Position numbers and translations under genes: made by a program
Part shown: positions 38,479-53,818 of the stretch, piece after piece
Position numbering within the stretch: position 1 is the first letter of the stretch
Layout of the letters: every line of letters begins with the position of its first letter
Assembly: GCA_046563655.1 (NCBI GenBank)
Contig: CM102283.1
Span: forward strand, 9,052,001-9,116,000
Source of the DNA: Yuukianura sp. NJ FZ-2021
Taxonomy: Eukaryota
Length of the DNA stretch: 64,000 nt
Direction: 5' to 3'
The notes under the pieces: model-generated
What the model was told of the DNA's origin: nothing
The model's input: only the letters and a program-made list of their open reading frames with translations
Database searches by the model: none

Positions 38479-40249
38479 TTAGTGCTGGGTTCGGTCGAAC
38501 ATTTGGATTGGGTTGGAATTGACGTACGAGTAAATGCAGTTCATCATGTCCTTTGTAGTTGCAGGACCTCCGAGATCTAAAAGTTCAAAAATTGAGACAG
38601 TTAAAGGCGTTAACTTTCTGAACTTTTAATTGAATGTGATCACCTTTAGTATGAACTTTTTCCACAGCAAGAGTGTGGTGAATGGCTCTTTGAATCAACT
38701 TGGAGTGTTCATTCAATCCCAGGTATCGAAGTAAGTCCACCCCGGCGTTTAGCATTGCAATGGGATTGGCCAAATTCTTCCCGGCAATTCCAGAACCAGA
38801 ATTACGAGATCTGTGGAAGAGCAAACGCAGCCTCTTCAAAATTAAACAGTGACACAACTACCAAACTAAACTGAATACTTGCTTACGCGGGTTCAAACAC
38901 AGCGTACTGAAATATAAAAAAAATATGATAAATTATTATAAAGCTCTGGAAATATTAGATTTTAAGAAATTCGTACCTTGTCTCCATAGTTGCACGCTGA
39001 CAGCAGACCCGGCCCTCCAACGAGCCCGCAGATAACATTGGACACAATACTGCCGTAGAGATTAGGCACCAGCATCACATCGAACTGTTGAGGGTTTGAA
39101 ACAAGTTGCATGCAGCAGTTGTCAATGATCATGTCGTCGTGCTGGATTTCTGGATATTCCTTTGCAACTTCCCGGCTCACATCCAGGAACAGGCCATCCG
39201 AAAATTTCCTGGACAATTGATTATTTGTGATGAAGATGAAGACACAGAATGGTATAAAATACTGGATATATGATGTGAAAACTGACATGATATTTGCCTT
39301 ATGAATTGTCGTAATCTTCTTCCTTCCAGTCCGTACGGCAAACTCAAATGCGTATCTTGCAATCCGTTCAGAATTGACGCGGGTAATGATCTTCAATGAA
39401 TCCACAACGCCAGGAATAACCTGGAAGAGAAACATCAACAATTTTTTGACATTAACCCGCCGTATTTGTATTTCAAGAACTGAAATAACCTCATGTTCCA
39501 AGTTAGAGTATTCCCCTTCAGTATTTTGACGAATGACAAAGATGTTGATGTCCTTGTGACGAGTTTTCACACCGGGAAAGGTGTAGCAGTGCAACACGCA
39601 AACGTAAAGGTCCAAAGCATTGCGGAAGTAAACGTTGCGCGAAATGATCTCTGTCTTGAGACTCTTCGTTTCGATGTTTGCTGTAATAAACAACTAAAGT
39701 TTCAATTATAAGTTACAAAAAGTAACTTCCTTTAACTTGCCTTTGATACCACAGCCATTTCTGCGAAAAGAGTCCATAGCTTCGTCGAGTTCGTCATTAT
39801 TTTCACGCGTAGTATCAACCTCAATTTTATTAAATACGCAAGGTACACCGCACACACTGGAATTCCGTAAACAAAACAACATCAGTAGCAAGTTCATTAA
39901 CTCAAGGAAAATTATGTTTCTGTTTCTTACACGAATGTTTCCTCCAAGATTTGGCAAAGTTCAGGCCCGATTCCATGCCCTGGAATCATCGCGGCTCCAT
40001 ACCACCCGCCATACTTCGTAGCCTTAGGGGTTGTAGGCTAAGCAAGTGAAAAGTAATTAATCCAAATTTAAAGCATGTCCATCATATTTATCTTGTAAAT
40101 TGTCTCACCTTTGCTGACGGATCAAAACGAACAGATCTTGAAGGAACTTTCCAATTACTCCCGAGAACAGTACTGACTTTCTCTAGTAACGGAGGACGGA
40201 TGAACTTTTTCGTCAGCTTCTGACATGTCGAAACCAAAATCGACGACAT
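38479..40249 (-). CDS. IDH3G: NAD-dependent isocitrate dehydrogenase regulatory subunit, gamma-like, mitochondrial (divergent)
   Basis: Multi-exon. Presequence [80 protein letters not shown] and DLGG. Confidence 0.85.
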
Positions 40250-40796
40250 TTATAATCGGTGATGTGGAGACACCAACGGGTTTCGATAGACAAACGATGA
40301 ACAACCTCCAAGCCTGAATCTTCTCAACAAATCTGGAGATTGCGAAGGATATGATTCTCCGCTGAACTTCTACTGAAGAACTTGAGAGACAAAGAAATCT
40401 GAAACAAAGGAAACCAAATTTTGAATTTCGCGGAATTTTCAAGGAAATAAAGAAAGTACTTTCATAACACCCCATAGAGTTGTCAAGGGAATTTCGGACT
40501 TTTCTTTTTAAAAAATTTCGCATTCAAAATTTTTGGTACCTGTAGTTTCTAACTTTTGCGTTATTAAAAAAAATAAGGCTTTCGCAAATTGGAAAATCAC
40601 GTTAGTGTTAATTAACTAATAGATCTAAATAAAAAATGAGCATGTCTTCGCCTTTCCCTATACAAACTATATGGATTTAGGAAAAGACAACCTTGACGCC
40701 TTGACGTCAAAATCATTACAGCTATCAGTATCATAACTGACAATTAATAAACTAAACGATCTCACCATCAAGTGCGATACTTCTCACTTTTCGAAA

Positions 40797-42200
40797 ATGA
40801 TTTGTAGCGTGAGGTACTATCATCATCTCCTGGTTGCTTTAGTTTTCTTAACCGTAGTGGCGAAGTGTTCACTCAATAATCCGCTAAATGGAAAAAATCT
40901 ACGAATTTCTGCCTATGAAATTCATCCGTTCTTAATAGTGAATCGAAACAACGGAGAAATTACAGGATCCAAGGTCAGTTTTCTAGAAATTGCATCTAAA
41001 AAGTTCAATTTTACGTTAACATGGAACATCTCAACGGATGGTTCCAAGGGTCCTGGGACAGTAAACAAGAATGGACTACCAACGGATTGCATGGCAGACG
41101 TTTACTATGATCGAGCAGACTTGACCTTGACCCAAGCCGCGACATTTCCCAAGTTAAAATTTATCGATCTCTCAACTAACTTTTATAAAAACTCTATTGT
41201 TTTTGCCACGGCACTTCCAACTGCATCGCTTAGTTGGGGATCGCTGTTTTCGTCGTATGGCATGACACTTTGGCTCCTCATCTTCCTGACGCTGTTGACA
41301 TTTTCCAGCGCCTACTTCGTTTTGCTTCAGCTTGATGTGACCTGTAATGAAACAAGACAGTATAGTTCAGTACATGCGAAATTTAGACTCAACTTAAACA
41401 AATATTTGTTCAGGGCAGTTTTCATACCTCTTTCGGCCACCTTGGATCAAAATACTGGCAGAATTCCTAAACCTCTCAACTTTTTAACAGTATTTCTCTT
41501 TATATTCGTAACCTTCATTGGCAACGGCTACAAATGCAACCTTGTTTCGTTTGTGTCTACACCAGAATCTAATCAAATTCCACTCACTTTTAAGCAACTG
41601 TATGAACGTGAAGACTACGAGGTCAAACTGTACTACATTGGTGGTGTAGCCTACCAACTATTTAATAACAGTAAAGACAAAGTGCTATCTCAAATTGGAA
41701 AACGACTGCAAAATAATTTAGTACGCAATGCAATTAACTGTACACTGCAAGCTTTAGCCGAACCAAAAACTGTTTGTATTGGTTGGGCTTCTCCGATAAC
41801 AATGGCAATCATAACCAACTTGACACTGCATAGTGCCCAACGACCGATGTATGTCTCAACTGATTCTGCCTATGACACGCTGGTATCCTTTGGACTACGT
41901 AAGGGCTCACCCTACATGCAGCAATTCAACGAACTAATTTCCAGAACTACAGATGCTGGACTCATAGCTAAATGGTTCGCAGATATGGAAAATATCAATA
42001 GACTTGAAGGGATTAAGTGGTTGAAGAGTGGCAGAACTCCGGAGCTTTACAAGGTCCTAAAGGACATCGAAGACAGGCAATGGGAACAATGCTCTTTTCA
42101 ATTACACAATTTGCTAATCATATTCATTGCTCATGGGTCACTGATGTCGCTTGCCAGTATTGTCTTCGGTATAGAATTTTTGGAAAATCGCAAAACTTGA
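40797..42200 (+). CDS. Divergent ionotropic receptor (variant iGluR), intronless
   Basis: 467 aa with signal peptide, S1-like region (DV...RADL, IDLS), TM1, Y..NLVSF, LRKGSPY..FN..I....AGLI.KW and a C-terminal TM helix. Confidence 0.8.
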   Translation: MICSVRYYHHLLVALVFLTVVAKCSLNNPLNGKNLRISAYEIHPFLIVNRNNGEITGSKVSFLEIASKKFNFTLTWNISTDGSKGPGTVNKNGLPTDCMADVYYDRADLTLTQAATFPKLKFIDLSTNFYKNSIVFATALPTASLSWGSLFSSYGMTLWLLIFLTLLTFSSAYFVLLQLDVTCNETRQYSSVHAKFRLNLNKYLFRAVFIPLSATLDQNTGRIPKPLNFLTVFLFIFVTFIGNGYKCNLVSFVSTPESNQIPLTFKQLYEREDYEVKLYYIGGVAYQLFNNSKDKVLSQIGKRLQNNLVRNAINCTLQALAEPKTVCIGWASPITMAIITNLTLHSAQRPMYVSTDSAYDTLVSFGLRKGSPYMQQFNELISRTTDAGLIAKWFADMENINRLEGIKWLKSGRTPELYKVLKDIEDRQWEQCSFQLHNLLIIFIAHGSLMSLASIVFGIEFLENRKT

Positions 42201-42275
42201 AGAGTCCAGCAATTACGTGTTTAGAAGCAGAGTCTGCGCCTTGAAATCGGCTTAAAAATTGGAGATTTAATGAAC

Positions 42276-43395
42276 TTACCAAAAATTTTGAGCTTTAGCT
42301 ATAACATCTCTACCAATGGAATAATTTTTACCACCTTCTAAATATTCTGGAGTAAATTCCCGATAGGCCATGCAAATCCGTCTGTCCATTATGTCATTTC
42401 GGTAAATACAGTGTTCCCAGTCGTATCTAGCTGGACCATAAAGGACGAGTAGCGATAGTCGTGGCATTGGAATTCGGACGATTGGAAACTCCCGATGTTC
42501 TTCGGAAGCTGAAACTGGAGGTGGATCACTTGATCTGTCGTAATGGTAATGAAGATTGTACTTTTCTCTTGGTCCAGTGTACTTTGTCATGGTCAGCACC
42601 GAGTCGGACAGAAGATTCACTGAAATGACACGTTCACCCCAAACCCAGCAGTCGTCAATATGTGGGTCAATGCAAGATCCGGTGTCAACGCGATATTCGA
42701 TAGCACACTGCTCGATGGTTTGGAAATCAGATAGTAGTTTATGATCACGTAGCTTCTCCTGAGCAAATTTACTAAATGCTGGAAATCCGTTGAAGCTGGA
42801 GCCGTTCATCTTTCGTTTCTTGAAGTTCGTTTTGGGTCCAAAGTTCTATAAAAACAAACGTTAATAACTTATCCTAATCATAATCAATTTGACACAAAGA
42901 TGAATTCACCTGCTTCCTTCTCCCGCTTTGAGAAAGATCCCAAGGAATAGAGTCACACCCTGAGACCAATTGTTCTTCTTCTTCCTCGCTTATAAAATTA
43001 GGCTGTTCCAAATCAACAAACAATGATTAAAAGCTTAACTACAAGGAAGTCCTTAAAGAAGTACTTATGCTCAGAAGAACTAACCACCAACAAAACGCCG
43101 GGGAAATCTATTGAAGGCCCAGCATGATCTGGATGCTTCGACGCCGCTGACCCTTTACCCTCAACTCTCCAAGCTTTGCCACAATGGTAGCAGTATTCGT
43201 AGACATCCTAGAAAAACATTCAGACAATTCATTTTCCTATCTGGCATCGACGAAGTTCATTAAAGTTTAGTTATATCTTGATCTTACGACATTCGACCCA
43301 ATATCATTCGTTAACGTTGGCTTCACTCCGTATTCAGCTTCACAAACCAGGCAAGTCCGGATTCCCTTGCACCCGCAAGGGCGTGGTTTATTCAT
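42276..43395 (-). CDS. ALKBH4: Alpha-ketoglutarate-dependent dioxygenase AlkB homolog 4
   Basis: MNKPRPCGCKGIRTCLVCE, FPG, SQSGRRKQNFGPK, IDPHIDDCWVWGER, ARY.WEH.I and RRI..AYRE. Confidence 0.92.
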
Positions 43396-43869
43396 CTGTT
43401 ACTCAATTGCTAACGTTTTCTCCCCGTTCAATTAATTAAGCTACAAATTTAATTTATCAGCAACAACTGTATAAACACATGTTGCAATGTTTACATTTAA
43501 TTTTTGGGTTTAACTAGCAGCTCCACACATACACCATTTCTCCTGGCTCTGATATGGGCAAATATGCGCTGCAAGAAATTAATTACGGAACAAATAGTAA
43601 AAACTCTAATTACTTTCCTAATTAAAACCTTAGTTTAGCTCAAATACTTCACGTTATCCACCATCCACGCTGGGATTTATTTTTTCAGTACCCATAACTT
43701 GTAGCAGTAGTAAATAGTGCCAGACATCCAGGCGTTTTAAATTATAAGAAGAATTCTGAGAGATCCAGGGAAAAAGTGAATAAGCCTAACAAACAATTGA
43801 TCAATTGTGTAAATTAAAACTTAAAAAATCTATATAAGACAACTAATTAATTGAGCAAATTGCTTGAAT

Positions 43870-46800
43870 TCAAATAGATTTTTCAGTTGTCCTCACGCAG
43901 CACACACCAGCAGCAATTGGGTCACTATAAACAGGAAATTAAAAATAAAATTAACGTTCAAGTTAAAAATTCTTGTTAAGTTTCCTTAAAAATCCTACCT
44001 GGAGTCAACTGGACAAAAGTATGATCTCGAGTAAAGGTCAAAGTTGTCCAAGAAAGCTTCCTGGACGCAGTCCTTGAGATGTACGCATGGTCCAGCCTCA
44101 CCATTGCCAGCTACCGTACAATTTCTTGGATTAGCAACTTGGACACTCTCGTCTTCGACCACGGCATACTCTTTGCCCCTGAACATAATTGGTGAACCGT
44201 TGAACCATTTGATATCTTTCAGGGTCAAATTAGCTGCCACCGGAGTGATGGTCGTCACTGCAATGTCACCGTCAGTTGTCGTAATCACATCCGACGGTGT
44301 GGCAGAACTCTCTTGGCTGGGCAGCGGTGGAGTTGCTGTTGGTCCTTGCGTAATTGGCTGGGCACTTGAACTAATTATTTCGCTTTCAAGCTGGTCGTAA
44401 TCGGCCTCTTCCTGTACCGGTTGTACCGGCATTGGCATTGGATGATAAGTGGCACTGGGAATCGGAAATGGACGATAAGTGGTGGTGGCTGTATTTGAGA
44501 AAAAGTAAAATTAACTTCCTTCAGCAACAATCTTAAAAATAACTAATTTCTTTTCTGGACAGCATCAGCATCTTCGGATCTTATACCTTTGTTCTTGGGC
44601 TTAGTAGCTTTTCTACGATGAATTTGAGACATACCGTATTGTATTCCGTGCAATCCGGGCATCCCTGGCCTGTACGCTGCAAATGAAGGTCGAGAAAGTG
44701 AGACGGGCATGATTCCTTGGGCGTTAGCGTAGTGACCACCTCCAGCAACTATGCGGTTAGCAGTGAAGCCTCCTCCAGCTGCAAATCCCACTTTATGAGA
44801 AGCTACCGAATTCATACTTATGCTTTGAGGAGCTGCAAGCCATAACAAAGTAGGCAAAATGTCAGCCATTACTGACATAACTTACTAAAGCGCGCCAAAG
44901 CAACGACAGTCTTTTTTGAAAACTTACAGGCCAAGCTGTCCGCTTGTGAATCTGGACTGGCGTCAGCAGCTACCGCATTGGTAACGTCGCTGCTGTTCGG
45001 CTTCACGACGACAAGCGAAGTCAACGAAGTCACGAATCCATACTTTACAAAAAAAAAATTCAAATGTCGAAAATATTCAAGAATTCTTATTCTTTTGAAA
45101 AAATTTAAAACTAACCTTCAGAGCCAATCGCAGAGCTTTCTGTTTTGGCGTTTCGATAACTGTGGCAGTTGCTGTCGTGTTCCGACCGGCATCCGGAACC
45201 ACTGTTGTCGTTTCGTTTACCGAAGTACCTGGTAATGCGGTTGTCGTCTGAACAGGATCCACCGGAACAACGGTTGTTGGTGACGGTAACGGTATGAAAA
45301 CGTCTCCATAGCCATCCTCTTGGTCAACTTCGTTTTCTTTTGAGTTTTGCGCCAAATCTTTCTCAATCAACTGTTGAATTGTGAGGTAAGCCCAAAGTCT
45401 TTCTAGAAAAACGTCTTCTTGTGTAGGTGGCGGTGTTGGTCTTGGTGGAAACGGTCTGATTACATGTACATCCCAAGGTATAATGCACGAAAAGATTTCT
45501 GGTTTGAGAAACAACATTTCTCCGTCTCTTCCGGATCCGCGGATTTCGACATCAAAGTAACTCTGGGTCGTTGGAGTTAATAGGGAGTCTGAATGTTCGG
45601 TATCAGATACCGGTTCGGGTTGTTCCGTCGGTATTTCAGTTATGGCTTGATTAGTAGTTGCCGGTTCTTCAAGAAGTACCGGTGTCAGAATTGGTTTCGG
45701 TACAAGTCTTCCGGCCACTGCGATTTCATTTCCACGGAATACCGTAGGGAATCTTGTAACAGTCACGTTTTCAACGGTATAAGCGGACTCGGGTGTGGTG
45801 TAATTGAATTTGACATTTGAGAGTAGCGGGGAAGCAATTTCTTTGTAGAATCCTTTGAGTTGGATAGCAGCATCAGCAGCTTCGTAAATTTTTCTGGCAA
45901 ATCCAGAATTTTGTAAAGCAATTTTCCGAATGAGGGGAAAATCGGTTCCAGATCCAAATCCAAGAGCAAAAATTGGAACAGAAATGTTCTTGTTGGCTTC
46001 TTGAATTAGAGTGACGATACTTGTTGGATTTGTAATGCCAACAGTAGCTTCTCCGTCAGTAAGGAACATTAAAAGTGATTCTACATTGGCTGGCAGTGTG
46101 TTTCCAATAGCAGGTACTCCAACGGTGGTAGTTTCTGGAATTGCGGTTGTTGCAGATTCATCGGTGACATTCTTGGGAGATGCTGCTCGGTTCTTCTTAA
46201 TCGCTGCGGTCAAGTTCAAGGCTTGGACAATCGAGTCATGAATGTTTGTTCCACCCTGAAAAAAAGAGTTGATTCATCTACAAAACTTTTGTCAACTAGA
46301 ACTTCCAAATTTCAACAACTTTTCCAAAAAAATTTTCCATAACTTACAGATGCAACAAGACTTTGGATAAATTTTTGAGCTTTTTCGATATTTTCTTTCG
46401 TTGCGGGATATGGTTGACGCCGTCGTGGATCTTCGACGGAAGTAACTACACGTTCACCGTGAAATGGCGGCGGTGACCAGGAACTGGCGGAAATTTTGTC
46501 ATCAGGAGACCAAAGCTGAAAAAAACCGAAGAGACGCTTTGTCACACTTTTAATGGAACTCCAAGAAATGAAAAAAAAACTTACGACAACGTCGCTGGAG
46601 AAAGTCAAAATATTGAAAAAGTCATCCGGGGTCAAATCCGCCAGAATTTGGTTCATGGCTTCCTTTAGTTGCTCAATTCTTCTGCCCCACATGGACCCAC
46701 TCGTGTCAAGGACAAACACAACATGCTTCCTAAGTGGCGGCAAATTTTCAGGGGCAAAGAAGTGCACAAAGTATCCATTCATGACCTGAAAAGTATTGTT

Positions 46801-49273
46801 TTAAATTTTAATTTTCCTGTTTCGAAGTTTCAAAATTTTTCAAAGTCTCACCAAGACTTCACCAGCGTCCAACTCCCGTTTAATGTCATACTGCACGATG
46901 AACTTGCCCGTGACGCCTTGTTTTGCCAATTGACTTTGATCTTTGTCTGAAGGTTTCCAGGTGATACTGGCCTTGTTTCCGCTTGGTCTCTCAATGACAG
47001 CATCTTGATTATCTGAAATTAAATATTTACAATTACATTTTACAACTTCATGTTAATTGAAAACGATAGTACCTCGCGTGTGAATTTTCACACCTCGGTC
47101 AAATTTTGTCATAAAAACTTACTTCCTTCTGAATCTGCTGGAGCGTCAACGTCATTTCGCAAGTTGGGGACACGAAGAAGTGTGAAATTCTGCGACTCTT
47201 CGATGTTTACTGTGATTTGAAAGTCCTTCACATTGGTAATCTGTGAACAATTCAAAAATTTTTATTTTTTTAAATGAATTTAAAAGTAATTAACTAATTA
47301 AAGTAACAAATCGAATAATTAGAAATGTAAAAGGACGTTTGCCGTATGTAAAAAAAAATCAGTACAAGTCGCATTACGTTAGAAATCTATGAGGAAAATT
47401 GGAGTATGAAACTAAAATCTATTTTTTTTTTGAAATTTTTGAAAAATGAAGTTACTTGTTCTGGAGTGATGCTGATAGACTGTTCATAGCGTCCAAGACG
47501 CCTGGACAGTAGTTCTTCATAAGTCAAATTGAAATTGACTTTTGATTGGGATTTGATGTTGACGTTGACGTCAAAGACATTGGCGTTTCTTGTACTACAA
47601 AAAATCATGTAAAAATTAAGTTAGCTAAGAAATTAACAACAAAAGTAAATTGTCATCCTGTTTTGTTAAAATTTCGAGATTGTAAAGAGGCTTTGCAGAA
47701 AGGCTGTTCACCTCTTCGCAAATTCGCGAATTAGCTGAAGCTGAAGTCACTTCAACTTGCCAATGGCTATGCGAAAAATTGCATTCAGCATTATCACTCC
47801 TGCTGCGTCTCCAAATTACTTTTTGCATAGTATTGCATAAAATAATTTGAAATTTTCAAATTACAGTAACTTTATAATTGGCAAATGCAAATGCAGCTGA
47901 ATTGACGTCAATTGATTCATAAAAACAAAAGTTTTCAATGGAATAGCTCTCAAAAAACAAGTTTTAGTTAAAAATTGGCAACTTCTGCAGTTTTTGTCAA
48001 AATTACTCACTTCAATTCTACGAGCCCTGCAGATTGACCCTGGCTTTGAGCTTCATTATAAACTCTCTTGGCTTCTTCTTTTTCTTTAACATAGGCTTCG
48101 TATGGTTTCCCATCAATTTCCCTAGAAAATTTAGAAATTGTTGGAAATCGAAAGCATTGTCAAAATTTTGGGGTTAAAATTTAGATTTTCTACATGATAA
48201 ATTTTGAGATGAAGGCTGTTTCGGGCAGAATGACTCTGAAAGTGACTTCTTGAGAGTCTGTTGGATTTGCATTGACGACTCTTGAGGTCACGTAGGTTCG
48301 AGCATAGCGGTAGGTAATGTCGGAATGAATTTTGAACGAATAGATGTCTGGCTTGAGGCTACTCTTTGACTTCTCAGCTACTTCAACTCCCTACAAAAAC
48401 AAAAACACAAAGGAGAAATTTAAAATGTGAATTCGTACACGTCCACTTCTGCAGAAATTGTCATTCGTCAATCAAATCCAACCGGTTTCCATCAATCAAC
48501 ATGTTTTGTGCTTTATAACATGCAAAGGTAATGAAAAGCCTTGGTGCTGGAAAGTTAATGACTGCTTAAGTAAGTGTCCAGTTGCATGTTGCATGATAGG
48601 GTACTTAAAAATTTCAAGGGAAAAGTAGCAATTTTCCAAGAAACAAATTTTTCAAAATTTTAAAAAATTTCAAGGCGAAAGCAATAAATTACAAGCATTT
48701 CCGCCTCTTAAGGGCGGAAACTAATAAGAAAATTTAAGTTTCTCACGCTAGACAACTTTAACAAGCTTCTTTAAGGACATTTCACTGACACGTTATTGTA
48801 TGTAATAAAAATATAATAAAAATTTTACTAATCAAAAATCTAAATTACTAATTGGCAAGCTCTGTTTTTCCACGTGTATTAAAGTCATCGGAAAGATCAT
48901 TCGTTTACATTGGAAAGATTTGAGCTAGTGTGCCGCAATTAAAATTTTCGAAAGCCATTATTCAAAAAAATTTCCAAAAAATTCAAAATTGTGTTCAAAT
49001 TTGAAAACATACCTCTATTTTTTCCGGAACTGGCAGTGGTCCGAGTTCGTCTGAAGCATCTTCCTTTGATGCGACTGCCGAGGGCGACGGTTTGGCGACA
49101 TTGTCAATGTCCTGTTCAGTAGACTCTCCGGATTCGGTTGACGGAACAGTTGATGTCGAAATGATCAAAGCTTGGTCCGGTTTGAAGGTAGTTAGCGGCG
49201 AACTTTGACATTTGTCCAGAATCAAAACTAGTACAATGGCCACCAAAAAGTGACCAATTTTTGAATCTTTCAT
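43870..49273 (-). CDS. Inter-alpha-trypsin inhibitor heavy chain-like protein (signal peptide, VIT, VWA, Thr/Pro-rich region, C-terminal clip domain)
   Basis: VIT (YRYART.V.SRV.NAN, LPETAFIS.F, YEELL.RRLG), GYFVHFFAP, VWA (VFVLDTSGSM, GGTNI, FLTDG, GFARKIYE), ERLWAYLTI and YGFVT.LTSLVV; downstream exons splice in frame to a six-cysteine module. Confidence 0.85.
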
Positions 49274-50310
49274 GATGACTTTTTTCAAAAAACTAAAAGA
49301 AAAGTTCTGGAAGCTTTTGACTTGCAGTGTTTTTGGACCCGGTTGAAAAGTGGAATTGAAGTGGAAAACAACTTGGGATGTTGCTTATATCCAAACACAA
49401 ATGAATCATTTCCAAATCTTCCCAAGCACTTCTCAGCTTCTGAGAGATGCTGACAAGATGCCAACATTGACGTAGGAAGGGGTGGGGGTAGTTTTTGCCT
49501 TAGGAAACCTATATTAGTAAAGTTCGTCACGAGTTAGTTTAGTTATACCAAAATACTGCTAAAAAGTGGTGGATATTAGGCAAGGCATGGAAAAAATGCC
49601 CTTGTTTACGTCTTCAAGAAAAGATTTCTGAGAAGTATAAATCAGTAGGGTAATTTGTTGTATTTTTGGCACCTTTCATATTCTAATTTTATAATTACAT
49701 GGATTTGGGGCAATGCATGACTCAATTTAACTTCTTTTTTAACTAAAGAAAATTTAAGGGAAACAATTAAGTTAATTTTATGAAAAGTTCATAATTTCCG
49801 TTCCGCATTTTAACTTCATTTATAAGTTTAACCAACACCAAAAAGAGAAATCGGTATTAAATATGCAGAAATGACAAAAACAGCAAAAATGCAGCAATTT
49901 CCTATGCATTTTTGGTTGGAAGAGCACATTAGTCAAACCAAATTCCATTATTAGGTCAGTTAAATTAATTACAAAGTTAGTAAATTAAGTTTTCATTGCT
50001 TGATGCTTGACCTTTGGGCATTTCCTTGCTCTAGAAGTACTATCTTCAGAGATACGGAAATTCCAAGGTCACTAGGCTAAAAGTTGACCTTGTTGTACTT
50101 AGCGGGTCAAGGAAAATCTTAAGTTTAGACTAATTTTCCTTCCAACGTCAAAATTTGGTTAAATTTGTTCGTCTGCTGATAAAAACTGAATGTCGTCATC
50201 AACTTGCTAACGTGACGCTGGTCAGACACAAGTTAAAATACGTCATGATTTTCAATAATTTATTACAAAATGTTTTCAAAAATAAATAAGTCTGGGTAAT
50301 TTTTTAAACT

Positions 50311-51185
50311 CTAATTCGGTACTGCCACTGTTTCAACAGCATCTAGATCAAGGACTTCTTCAGGAGTTGTCAGTTCATAGTCGTACTCAATTGGGGAATT
50401 AGTTGTCGTGTATTCATCAGACTCATCTAAAACAAAACCAAAACGTTTTTACTTCGTCAAAAAACAACATTTTAAAAAAGTGGATAGTTTCACCTCCAGC
50501 AGTTTTGTTAGGCTTTCCAGGCTTGTTCGGTGTCCCTGAAGGACGTTGCGGTTTCGGGGTGGGTCGTTGAGGTCGGTTAGGAGCCGGCTTCTCTGGTTTT
50601 CCTGCAGGCTTCTGCGGCTTACCAGCCGGTTTCTGTGGTTTCTCTGGCTTACCAGCAGGTTTCTGTGGTTTTTGTCCCGGTTTTTGTGGTTTAGATGGCG
50701 CAGGAGTAGCTGGCTTCTGTGGTTTGCCAGTTGATGGCTTCTGCGGCTTTGGAGGAGGTTGTGCTGGTTTTTGCGGTTTACCAGGCTGAGGTTTCCCGGC
50801 AGGCTTCTGTGGTTTGGCTGGCGCTGGCGATGGTTTGGATGGCTTCTTTTCATCTGTAATTCAAAATCAATCGATTACTTCCAGTTTTCATAGTTTTTAA
50901 GCCAATATTTTCGCAAAACTGACCTGGAACGTCGGAAACTACCAGCGGCGGCTGATTATCAACGAAGTCTGCTGGCTCTCCAACTTCAAGCGACGGTGGA
51001 TCCTGGACTGGTTCTACTTGATTCTGTTCTTGCTGTTCTAAAACTATGATAACTGGGCCTGCGTCGACAGGAACATCTACTTCAGAGACTTGAGCGACCG
51101 GAGCCTGAAGAGGCAGAGATGCACCATAGGAACTAGCGAGGATTCCGACTAAAATAGTCACTACAAGAGGTCGATACACCAACAT
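50311..51185 (-). CDS. Secreted protein with central KPQKP repeats and acidic termini
   Basis: Three exons with phase-1 introns. The spliced frame of exon 2 reads KPQKPAGKPQPGKPQKP, which is not the frame shown in the ORF track. Confidence 0.75.
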
Positions 51186-51917
51186 TTTGAAATTATTAGA
51201 AGATGCTGCCAGTACTCAACTCTCAAGCATCTGAAACGCCAAAGTGTCAAGGTCTCCGTTAACCCATTAGGTTTTATACCACCTCGATTCTTTGGCAAAA
51301 GGGGGTTGATTAGCGGAGTGACATAATTCCAATTTAAATCTTGTTTTGAGGTTCCTCTTTAAAACTATTGTCAATCATCAAAAACAAACTCAAAGTGAGA
51401 AGTTTTAGTGCAGGTCAAGCTTAGGTTCAAATTTTGGATTCTTCTTTGTCAAAGTGCCAATGCTCCAATTCTTGGGACATGTCAAACTGGTTTTAAATCG
51501 TCATTTGAACTCAGGATCCAAGTACCCCCGGGGGGTAAAATTCAAATCAAGTTTAGAAACAAACAAAAATGATAAGTTATAAAAGTTAATAGGCGCCAAT
51601 GAACTCAAATCATGTCGCAAATTGTAGTTCATTGACTTAATCCTAGTAATTATCACCTAAATCCTAATTTTTGCATTTATTTTAGCAATAAATGGTACAT
51701 GGTCCCTAAAATACATTAAGTTACACTGCATTTCTGGATCAAAACTCAAAGAAGTAACAAAAACAGAAATTTAAAGCAAGTCGAGGTCATGAATAGGGTG
51801 AGTTAAATAAAATAACTGTCTTGCATTTAGTTAATTAGTAAGTACGTTAATTAATTGGATACTCTTAGAAATTAAGATAGGTCAGGCTTACCGATGGAGA
51901 AAAATCAGTTTAGTAAT

Positions 51918-53818
<1,901 letters not shown>

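Noticed and set aside
48698-48720. GC-rich hairpin TTTCCGCC-7-GGCGGAAA in an ITIH intron as a Helitron 3' end
   Set aside because: No properly spaced CTRR terminus, 5' end or second copy is visible
51522-51537. TACCCCCGGGGGGTA near-palindrome
   Set aside because: Short and isolated, with no supporting context
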